Positions 18,313 to 26,505 of a stretch of 64,000 bases of DNA are shown piece by piece (the first letter of the stretch is position 1; every line of letters starts with the position of its first letter). Source of the stretch: Longimicrobiales bacterium (lineage in GTDB: Bacteria > Gemmatimonadota > Gemmatimonadetes > Longimicrobiales > Gaopeijiaceae). A program made the position numbers and the translations under genes. The stretch covers positions 2,432,001 through 2,496,000 of the forward strand of contig CBDFMQ010000002.1 of NCBI GenBank assembly GCA_965249725.1. The letters are read 5' to 3'. A model generated the notes under the pieces. That model was not told the origin of the DNA. It saw nothing but the letters and a program-made list of their open reading frames with translations, and did not search any database.

Positions 18313-20345
18313 CGTCTCCGGGCGAAAGCCCGTCGGGGGCTCCTGAGGGCGCCCTGATCCCGGGGCAGAGATCGCTCTCCGGGGGCCTCGCAACAGCGGC
18401 GAGGTGGGCCGCATGGGTGCTGCCCACGCTCACGATCCTGGTCGCCTTTACCGGGTGGTTCGATTCCGTCACGCGGCGAGCCGGCCACCTGGCCATCGCC
18501 ATCCCGCTGGTGTTCCTCTTCTATCCGGCGAGGAAGAACCGGGGCGACGGGACGGCGCGCAGAGCCGGCAAGGACGGCGTGAGCTGGTTCGACGTCGTCC
18601 TGGCGCTCGCTGCCTTCGCCTCCTTCGCGTGGATGCTGGCCGATCGCGAGCGCATCATGTGGCGGCTCGTCTACATCGATCCGCTCACGACTCCCGATCT
18701 GGTCTTCTCGGCACTGGCCGTAGCGCTCGTCCTCGAGGCGACCCGCCGTACGCTCGGGATGACGCTCGTCGTCGTGGCGTTGGCGTTCATCGCCTACGCG
18801 CTGGCCGGGCCGATCATGCCCGGGATACTCGAACACAAGGGCGTGAGCCTACCGCTGCTGCTCGAGCACCTTTACATGGTCCCCGAGGGCCTGTTCAACC
18901 AGGTCACCGGTGTGATGGCGACCTATCTGCTGGTCTTCCTCACGTTCGGATCCCTACTCCGCGTGGCGGGCGGCGACAAGATCTTCATGGACCTGACGCT
19001 CGCGGCGTCCGGACGTTGGGTCGGCGGACCCGCGAAGGCCGCGGTGGTCGGAAGCACCATGATGGGCTCCGTGTCGGGGAGCACCATCGCCAACGTGGTG
19101 ACCACGGGAACCATCACGATTCCGCTGATGAAGCGCACCGGCTTCGCGCCGCACGAGGCCGCGGCGATCGAGACGGCGGCGGGAACCGGGGGCGCTCTGA
19201 TGCCACCCGTGATGGGGGCGGGGGCGTTCATCATGGCAGAGATCACCGGAATCCCGTTGCTGACGATCTTGAAGTACTCGTTGATCCCGGCGTTGCTCTT
19301 CTTTGGGAGCCTCTACGGTTACGTGCACGTGAAGGCCCGTAAGCGGGGTCTCGGCGCCCTCCAACTCGACGGCGCCGACGCTCCGGGGCAGGTGCCGCCC
19401 ATCTGGCGAACGCTGGTCAGCGGAGTCCACCTCATGGCTCCCCTGGCTCTGCTCATCTATCTGCTGATCCGGGATTACAGCCCGTTTCTGTCGGCGTCGG
19501 CGTGCGTAGTGGGGCTGGTCCTGGTCAGCTACCTGCGTCCCCACACGCGCATGAGCTTCGGGACGCTGCTGCGCGGTCTCGAGGCCACCACACACGGCGC
19601 GATCGGGCTGTCCGCCACGATGGCCACGGCCGCCATGATCGTGGGGGTCATCAGCCTGACGGGGATCATGCTCAAGACCACATCCGTCATGGTCACCCTC
19701 GCCGGAGGATCGGTCCTGCTCGGCATCGTGATCGTCGCGCTCATCGCGTCGGTGCTGGGCATGGGGCTGCAGATCACCAGCGCGTACATCATCGTCTCCA
19801 CATTAGGCGCTCCGGCACTGATCGAGCTCGGCATCCCCCTGCTCACCGCCCACCTCGTCATCTTCTGGTTCGCCCAGAGCGCCACCATTACGCCGCCCAT
19901 CTGCCTGACCGCCTTCGTGGCCGCGCAAATCGCCGAGGCCGAGCCGATGCGGACGGGGTTCGAGGCGCTCCGTGTAGGCAAGGCGCTCTACATCGTGCCC
20001 GTCATGTTCGGATTCACAGGCCTGTTGTCGGGGAGCTGGCCCGCGATGTTGTTCGCGGGTGTGGGCGGCATGCTCTTTCTCCTCATGTTCCCGGTGGTGA
20101 CGACGGGCTTCTATCAGGGCCCGCTCGGTGTCGGGGGCAGGACGGTCGGCGCGCTGGCCGGCGTCGCGTTCATCAGCTCGACGCTCGCGGCCGGTCCTGG
20201 AGCCGGGTTCACGTTCCTGGGCCCCGGCTCGCTGCTTTTGGGTGCGGGTGCCCTGCTCGTCGTCGCGCTCCACGTCCATCAGAAGACGCGAGCGAGTCCC
20301 GTACAGCCGGCCTTCGGAAGCAACTCACGGGGGGGAGAGTCCTAG
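18300..20345 (+). CDS. TRAP transporter fused 4TM/12TM permease (TAXI type)
   Basis: LEATRR, GGPAKAAVVGS, GSVSGSTIANVVTTGTITIPLMKRTG, GGALMPPVMGAGAF, LGMGL, ITPPICL. Confidence 0.93.
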   Translation: MDRLASPGESPSGAPEGALIPGQRSLSGGLATAARWAAWVLPTLTILVAFTGWFDSVTRRAGHLAIAIPLVFLFYPARKNRGDGTARRAGKDGVSWFDVVLALAAFASFAWMLADRERIMWRLVYIDPLTTPDLVFSALAVALVLEATRRTLGMTLVVVALAFIAYALAGPIMPGILEHKGVSLPLLLEHLYMVPEGLFNQVTGVMATYLLVFLTFGSLLRVAGGDKIFMDLTLAASGRWVGGPAKAAVVGSTMMGSVSGSTIANVVTTGTITIPLMKRTGFAPHEAAAIETAAGTGGALMPPVMGAGAFIMAEITGIPLLTILKYSLIPALLFFGSLYGYVHVKARKRGLGALQLDGADAPGQVPPIWRTLVSGVHLMAPLALLIYLLIRDYSPFLSASACVVGLVLVSYLRPHTRMSFGTLLRGLEATTHGAIGLSATMATAAMIVGVISLTGIMLKTTSVMVTLAGGSVLLGIVIVALIASVLGMGLQITSAYIIVSTLGAPALIELGIPLLTAHLVIFWFAQSATITPPICLTAFVAAQIAEAEPMRTGFEALRVGKALYIVPVMFGFTGLLSGSWPAMLFAGVGGMLFLLMFPVVTTGFYQGPLGVGGRTVGALAGVAFISSTLAAGPGAGFTFLGPGSLLLGAGALLVVALHVHQKTRASPVQPAFGSNSRGGES

Positions 20346-21514
20346 TGGGGGGCATCAGGGCCGCCGAGACCGACGTATGCGTGATCGGCGCCGGTATCAT
20401 GGGTCTGTCCGCGGCGTGGGAGCTGTCGAAGCGCGGAGTTCGAGTGCTCTGTGTCGATCGCGCCCGCCCGGGCGGCGAAGCGTCGGGATCGACCGCCGGT
20501 ACCCTGGCGATCCAGAACAAGCGTCTCGGATCGATCCCTCTGGCTCTGGAGAGCATTCGAGCTTGGACAAGCCTGTCGGAGGAATTGGAGGGCGACGTCG
20601 AGTACGAACGGCGGGGCGGTTTTCGGGTCGCACACTCCGACGATGAAGTCCGCGTGCTCGAGGAAGCGGTGGCCGCACAGAGCGCCCTGGGCGTCAACGT
20701 GGAGATGGTCCATGCTCCGGAGCTCTTCCAGCGGGCGCCGTATCTCTCCCGGGAGGTCCGGGCCGCGAGCTACTGCGCCGACGACGGAATGGCCAACCCC
20801 TTCGTGGCGATCCGGGCCTACCTCGCGGCCTGCAAGCGGGCCGGCGTCGCCTTCGAGTTCGACCGCGACGTCGAGGCGCTCGAGTCACGCTCGGACGGCA
20901 CGTTCAGAGTCCGGGCCGGCGATCTCGAGGTCATGTGTGAGACGACGATCATCGCGGCAGGCGCATGGATCACGCACTTGTGTCGCCCCCTCGGAATCGA
21001 GCTCCCCCTCTACCCGAAGATCCAACAGGTGATGATCACGGCGCCGGCGCCCCCGCTGTTCCCGGAGATCGTGACGCACATCGGAGGACGGCTCACCCTG
21101 AAGCAGCAGTCGGGGGTAGGCAAAGTGCTGGTGGGCGGCGGCTGGCTCGGCGACGGATCCGAGCACGACGGGGACCCGCACCGGCTCCGGCTCGAAAGCC
21201 TCTCGGGGAATCTGGATCTCGCCATTCGGACGATTCCGGGCTTGGCGCAGACCCACCTGCTCCGCGGGTGGACGGGGGTCGAGGGGCGCAGCCCGGACCG
21301 GCTCCCGCTGATCGGCAGTGTGGGCGAGCCGGCCGGACTGCACTTGCTGGGATGCGCGGGGGGGGGATTCACGCTCGCCCCGATCTGCGGGGCGCTGGCC
21401 GCCAAGCAGGTTGTCGGTGAACAATCCACCTTATCTTCAGAGAAGTTCAGCCCGCGTCGATTCGTCGATGCGGCGCGATCCGGTCAGACACAGAAGACGG
21501 AAGCGAACCAATGA
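20345..21514 (+). CDS. FAD-dependent amine/D-amino-acid oxidoreductase (DAO / sarcosine oxidase beta-like)
   Basis: GTG start overlapping the upstream stop (TAGTG); VIGAGIMG, ASGSTAG, IAAGAW, WTGVEGRSPDRLPLIG, GGFTLAP. Confidence 0.88.
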   Translation: MGGIRAAETDVCVIGAGIMGLSAAWELSKRGVRVLCVDRARPGGEASGSTAGTLAIQNKRLGSIPLALESIRAWTSLSEELEGDVEYERRGGFRVAHSDDEVRVLEEAVAAQSALGVNVEMVHAPELFQRAPYLSREVRAASYCADDGMANPFVAIRAYLAACKRAGVAFEFDRDVEALESRSDGTFRVRAGDLEVMCETTIIAAGAWITHLCRPLGIELPLYPKIQQVMITAPAPPLFPEIVTHIGGRLTLKQQSGVGKVLVGGGWLGDGSEHDGDPHRLRLESLSGNLDLAIRTIPGLAQTHLLRGWTGVEGRSPDRLPLIGSVGEPAGLHLLGCAGGGFTLAPICGALAAKQVVGEQSTLSSEKFSPRRFVDAARSGQTQKTEANQ

Positions 21515-22434
21515 ACAACGGAAAGATCCAGTGGGAGGGAAACTTCGTCGCTATCGTGACGCCGTTCCACAAGTCCGGTGAGATCGACGAAGCGGCGTTC
21601 CAGCAGAACATCGCCTTGCTCCTGGATGAAGGCGCGGAGGGATTCGTCGTGTCCGGGTGTACCGGTGAAGCCTGGGCGCTCAGCCCCGAGGAGCGCCTGC
21701 GTCTCTTCAAGCTCAGCGTCGACGTAGCGGACGGCGCCGTGCCGGTCGTCGCCGGCACGGGAAGCATCTCGACCCAAGACGTGATCGAGCTGAGCGCAAA
21801 GGCCCGCGACTTGGGCTGCGACGGGATCATGGTCCTTCCCCCGTACTACTGCCGACCCGGAAGCGCAGAGGTGGTGGCGCATTACAAGGCGATCTCCGAC
21901 GCGGTGGGCGTGCCCATCCTGCTCTATAACATTCCGAAGCGGACCGGGGTCGATCTGACGCCCGAGCTCCTGGAGCAGCTGGTCGCCCTGGAGTACGTCG
22001 CGGCGATCAAGGAGAGTTCGGACAGCTTCATCCGCGTCGAGACGCTCGTGAACCGGTTCGGCGGCGACATTCAGGTCTTCACCGGCCACTCGGCGGAGCG
22101 TGGCGTGGCGGCCATCGTCATGGGAGCCAAGGGATGGGTGAGTTCGCTCGAGTCCCAGATCATGGGACGAGAGGCGGTACAGATGTACGACCTGGTCAAG
22201 GACGGGGACTTGGAGGGAGCGAGGAGGGTGCAGCTTCGGACGTTAGCCCTGGATCAGGCCGCTCGCGGGCTGGGCACGTTCCCGGCCAACGTGAAGGCCG
22301 CCATGAACCTGTTGGGACGCCCGGGAGGCTACCCGCGCCCGCCGTTGCTTCCGCTCACACAGGCCCAGATCGACGGTGTCGCCGCGCTGCTGGAGCGGTT
22401 GGAGATCCCGGGGGCGCTCGCTACGGCGGGTTAG
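21511..22434 (+). CDS. DHDPS/N-acetylneuraminate-lyase family protein
   Basis: AIVTPF, SGCTGE, LPPYY, LLYNIPKRTG, Schiff-base Lys in AIKESS; ATGA coupling with the upstream gene. Confidence 0.9.
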   Translation: MNNGKIQWEGNFVAIVTPFHKSGEIDEAAFQQNIALLLDEGAEGFVVSGCTGEAWALSPEERLRLFKLSVDVADGAVPVVAGTGSISTQDVIELSAKARDLGCDGIMVLPPYYCRPGSAEVVAHYKAISDAVGVPILLYNIPKRTGVDLTPELLEQLVALEYVAAIKESSDSFIRVETLVNRFGGDIQVFTGHSAERGVAAIVMGAKGWVSSLESQIMGREAVQMYDLVKDGDLEGARRVQLRTLALDQAARGLGTFPANVKAAMNLLGRPGGYPRPPLLPLTQAQIDGVAALLERLEIPGALATAG

Positions 22435-22481
22435 CGGAGGTAGCGGACGCGCCGGACTGGACCCGGTGGTGGACCCCGAAG

Positions 22482-23633
22482 TCACGAGTATTCGGCGACC
22501 ACGTCCCCGTCGATCTCGATGCCCCAGCCGGGCCGATCGGTCGGGCTGACGAACCCGTCCCGCAAAGCCGGCACCCCCGCCACCAGGTCCCTCCGTAGAG
22601 GCGACTCTCCCATCGGATACTCCACGAGGTCGCCCCCCGCGGCCGCCATCCAGTGGATCGCGGCGGTCGTATTGATGCCCGTGCCGAAACAGTGCGGCAC
22701 GCAGCGCCGGCCCCGTTCGCGAGCCACGCGGCTCAGCTCCATTCCGGCGGCCGGTCCGCATCGGCCCAGGTCGGGCTGGATGACATCGAGGCCGGCGTCC
22801 AGATACCGGACGAACTGCTCCACGGTCTCTTCGGTCTCGGCTCCCGCGATCGGCACCGGGGACGACTCGCACAGGCGCCGATACCCTTCGAGATCGTCGG
22901 GGTGGAGCGGCTCCTCGATCCAGATCAGCCCGAAGTCACGCAGGGCCGCACACTCTTCGATGGCGCGCGGGGCCTCCCACTTCCGACCCACATCGACCAT
23001 CAGTTGGACCCCGTCGCCCAACTCACCGCGCAGGGTCGTCAGGGTGTCGACATCCTCCTGGATCGTCCCGAGGCCGAAGGGCCCGAAGCCGAATTTGAGC
23101 GCCGTGAAGCCCTTTTTGAGCAATCTCCGTGCGTTTTCGACCGTTTCGGGGAGCGTGTCGCCCCACAGAACGCTGGCATAGGCCCGAATCGGCGGGCCTA
23201 TCAACGCCCCGTCCGCCTTAAGGGAGGCGGACGTCGGGGCCGAGGGTCCGATCCTGGGCAAAAGCCGGTGCGTGGGCATAGAGGCGGCCTTCCCCTTGAT
23301 GTCCCAGAGGGCCATCTCGACGCCGCTGATCGCATGGATCGCGACGCCCCGACGCCCGAACCAGGCGGTCTCCTCGTACATCCGTCCGCACACGGCGTCG
23401 ATGTCCGTGGCGTCCATCCCCAGGACGACCTCCGCTAGTCCGTGCCGCCCCGCACCCGAACGAGGTGCCTCGATGATCGCCTTCGCGACATACGACGACG
23501 AGACGACCTCACCGAGGCCCGTCAGGCCCGACTCGGTGGTGACCTCCACAACGAGCACATCCTGGGTCCCGTCGAAGACGTCCGCGATCTGGGGAATGCG
23601 GAGCTGGTGCGCCGTCACGCTCGCGATCTTCAA
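22482..23633 (-). CDS. Mandelate racemase/muconate lactonizing enzyme (enolase superfamily) protein
   Basis: AISGVEMALWDIKGK, IRAYAS, LMVDVG, WIEEP, GAETE, IQPDLGRCG, PGWGIEID; TTG start with AAGGA RBS. Confidence 0.9.
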   Translation of the reverse strand: MKIASVTAHQLRIPQIADVFDGTQDVLVVEVTTESGLTGLGEVVSSSYVAKAIIEAPRSGAGRHGLAEVVLGMDATDIDAVCGRMYEETAWFGRRGVAIHAISGVEMALWDIKGKAASMPTHRLLPRIGPSAPTSASLKADGALIGPPIRAYASVLWGDTLPETVENARRLLKKGFTALKFGFGPFGLGTIQEDVDTLTTLRGELGDGVQLMVDVGRKWEAPRAIEECAALRDFGLIWIEEPLHPDDLEGYRRLCESSPVPIAGAETEETVEQFVRYLDAGLDVIQPDLGRCGPAAGMELSRVARERGRRCVPHCFGTGINTTAAIHWMAAAGGDLVEYPMGESPLRRDLVAGVPALRDGFVSPTDRPGWGIEIDGDVVAEYS

Positions 23634-23825
23634 GACCGACTTCCTTTCGCCAATGCCGACGTCCTTTCGCCTGTGCCTCGTCCCGATAGTCTCGGATTCT
23701 GGACCATGCGGAGCCCGAGTAGCACCCGCAAGACGAGGACTCAGCTTGTGGCCCTGCACAGGTTAGGTGCATTTTGGCAGCCATGTCCGTCCTGCCCCCC
23801 CGTTGGCGACCGCCGAGCACCAACC

Positions 23826-26504
23826 ATGAGCACCATCCCCGTCGATCGCCTGAACGCCGCCCTCGAGGGCCGCTACGCCATCGAGCGTGAGCTGGGCGAG
23901 GGGGGCATGGCCACCGTCTTCCTGGCCGACGACCTCAAGCACGAGCGTAAGGTCGGCCTGAAGGTGCTGAAGCCCGAGTTGGCCGCAGTGGTCGGAGCCG
24001 AGCGCTTCCTCTCCGAGATCAAGACGACCGCCAACCTGCAACACCCGCACATCCTGCCGCTCTTCGATTCGGGCGAGGCCGACAGCTTTCTGTTCTACGT
24101 GATGCCTTATGTGGACGGGGAGACGCTACGGGAGCGCATCGACCGAGAGAAGCAGCTTCCGGTCGATGAGGCGCTGGGAATCGCAACGGCGGTCGCCAGC
24201 GCACTCCAGACCGCTCACGAGGCGGGGATCGTCCACCGCGACATCAAGCCGGCGAACATCCTCCTGAGCAGAGGGGAGCCCCTGGTCGCGGATTTCGGAA
24301 TCGCCCTGGCGGTGGGTGCCGCTGGTGGCAACCGCTTGACCGAAACCGGACTTTCGATCGGGACACCGTTCTACATGTCGCCCGAACAGGCGACAGGGGA
24401 TCAGGTCGTGGGGCCCGCGAGCGACACCTACGCGCTCGCATGCGTCCTGTACGAGATGCTGGTCGGCGAGCCTCCGTATATCGGCAACACGGCCCAGGCG
24501 GTGCTGGGCAAGATCATTCAGGGTCTACCAGTGTCGGCGACGTCCGTGCGAAAGTCGATCCCGCCCAACGTCGATGCCGCCCTGAGGAAGGCGCTCGAGA
24601 AGCTGCCCGCCGATCGGTTCACCGGTGCACAGGAGTTCGCGAGGGCACTCGCTGACCCGGGGTTCACTCACGGTGACGTTGCCGGAGTGGGGACAGCCGG
24701 CGCTGGATCGGGACGATGGCGCCTGGGAACCCAGGTCTTCGCCGCGACGACCTTGGTATTCGCGCTCCTCTCGACGTGGGCCCTTACGCGACCGGCTCCG
24801 CTCGCGCAGACGCACCGTGCATCGGTGGTCCTTTCGGAGCCGCTGGAAGGCTTCGGAACGATGGCCCTTTCGCCGGATGGCTCCGTCATGGTCTACGAAG
24901 GACCGAGGGATGACGGAGGCAACCTGTTGTGGGTCCGGAGGTGGGACGAGCTCGCTTCTTCGCCCTTGGCCGGAACGGCCAACGGCTTAGTGCCATCCAT
25001 CTCCCCCGACGGCCGGGAAGTCGTCTTTTCGGTCCCGAGCGCCATCCCTCGCCCGCTGGTGATCGTGCCGCTGTCGGGCGGGGTCGCTCGGGTGCTCACG
25101 GAAACGGCGATCCTCTCACCTCACTGGGGGAGCGACGGTTTCATCTACTTCACATCAGCGGAGACGCGCGGTATCAGCCGGATGCCGGCCCAGGGAGGCG
25201 CGCCGGAGGTGATCACCCGATCGCCGACGGAGTCGGGAGAGGGCATCCACCTCCCGTCCCAGTTCGTCGAGGACGGCGAGGCGGTGCTCTTCCACGTCTT
25301 CGTCCCCGGGGGCCCCCAGATTCGGGCCGCCCGTGTCGACTCCGGCGAGGTGATCAACCTGGGGCTGATCGGCGTCCAGGCCCACTTCATGACCACCGGA
25401 TATCTCGTCTTTCTGGCGCCAACGGGCGACTTCATGGCTGCCCCATTCGACCCGAAAGGACTGCAGGTGACGGGTCCACCCATTCCGGTGGTCAGTGGAG
25501 CCGACTATAGCGTGGGCAACGTTCAATCGATGGCTCTTTCGGAGAATGGAACGCTCGCTTACTCGACTGGATTGTCCAACGCCAGATACCAGCCGGCCTG
25601 GGTCAGCCGCGACGGTTCGACGAGCGTTATCGATCCGGAGTGGAGGTTCGATCCGGGCAACAACAACCGCGGGCTGGCCCTTTCCCCCGACGGGAACCGC
25701 CTGGCCGTCTCGATCCTGGGCGATCTCCGGGAAGACGTCTGGATCAAACAACTTCCCACGGGTCCGCTCACCCGGCTCACGGCCGATAGCGCCCAGGACG
25801 TACGGCCCCGGTGGACAGACGACGGGCGAGTGACGTTCATCTCGGATCGGGACGGGACGGCCGACGTCTTCGTGACGAGAGCGGACGGCACCGGGCGGGC
25901 CGAACTGCTTCTGGATCATGAGTTGTCGCTGTGGGAGGGGATCTTCTCGCGCGACGGCGAGTGGCTGGTGGCCCGGACGGGTGGAGTGTTGGGAGCCGTG
26001 GGAGGCCGGGACGTAATAGGGCTTCGACCGGCGACGGACAGCCTACCCGTTCCATTGGTGACAAGCGAGTTCGACGAGAAGGCGATCATGCTGTCTCCGG
26101 ATGGACGGTGGCTCGTGTACGAATCCGACGAGACGGGCAACAACGAGATCTACGTGCGACCGTTTCCGGACGTCGAGACTGGCAAGTGGCCCGTGTCCGT
26201 GGACGGCGGCGTCATGCCCCTCTGGGCCCACAGCGGGACCGAGATCTTCTATGTGAACGGTCGCAACGAAATGATCGCCGCTCAGGTCCGGACCGCAGGC
26301 TCGACCTTCGAGGTCACGGGACGCGAGATCCTCTTCTCGATCGATCCCGCGTTCCTGATCGGACAGGCCGAGCAGTACACCCTCTACGACGTCACACCCG
26401 ACGATCGGCGGTTCGTGATGCTGCGGCGGGTCCAAACGGAGGCTCCCGAGTTGATCCTCGTGCAGAATTGGCTCGAGGAGATCGAGCAGAGGGTAGGAAA
26501 CTGA
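23826..26504 (+). CDS. Receptor Ser/Thr protein kinase (Hanks kinase - TM - PD40/TolB-like propellers), copy 1
   Basis: GEGGMATV, HRDIKPAN, DFG, GTPFYMSPEQ; TM segment; many SPDG repeats. Start MSTIPV at 23826. Confidence 0.93.
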   Translation: MSTIPVDRLNAALEGRYAIERELGEGGMATVFLADDLKHERKVGLKVLKPELAAVVGAERFLSEIKTTANLQHPHILPLFDSGEADSFLFYVMPYVDGETLRERIDREKQLPVDEALGIATAVASALQTAHEAGIVHRDIKPANILLSRGEPLVADFGIALAVGAAGGNRLTETGLSIGTPFYMSPEQATGDQVVGPASDTYALACVLYEMLVGEPPYIGNTAQAVLGKIIQGLPVSATSVRKSIPPNVDAALRKALEKLPADRFTGAQEFARALADPGFTHGDVAGVGTAGAGSGRWRLGTQVFAATTLVFALLSTWALTRPAPLAQTHRASVVLSEPLEGFGTMALSPDGSVMVYEGPRDDGGNLLWVRRWDELASSPLAGTANGLVPSISPDGREVVFSVPSAIPRPLVIVPLSGGVARVLTETAILSPHWGSDGFIYFTSAETRGISRMPAQGGAPEVITRSPTESGEGIHLPSQFVEDGEAVLFHVFVPGGPQIRAARVDSGEVINLGLIGVQAHFMTTGYLVFLAPTGDFMAAPFDPKGLQVTGPPIPVVSGADYSVGNVQSMALSENGTLAYSTGLSNARYQPAWVSRDGSTSVIDPEWRFDPGNNNRGLALSPDGNRLAVSILGDLREDVWIKQLPTGPLTRLTADSAQDVRPRWTDDGRVTFISDRDGTADVFVTRADGTGRAELLLDHELSLWEGIFSRDGEWLVARTGGVLGAVGGRDVIGLRPATDSLPVPLVTSEFDEKAIMLSPDGRWLVYESDETGNNEIYVRPFPDVETGKWPVSVDGGVMPLWAHSGTEIFYVNGRNEMIAAQVRTAGSTFEVTGREILFSIDPAFLIGQAEQYTLYDVTPDDRRFVMLRRVQTEAPELILVQNWLEEIEQRVGN

Positions 26505-26505
26505 T

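Noticed and set aside
19502..20344. N-terminal 281 aa of the 670-aa ORF, suggesting a fusion
   Set aside because: Off-frame overlap with the TRAP permease; the oxidoreductase starts at GTG 20345.
21511..22434. Naming the gene dapA
   Set aside because: GCTGE variant and catabolic context; no dapB, asd or lysC adjacent.
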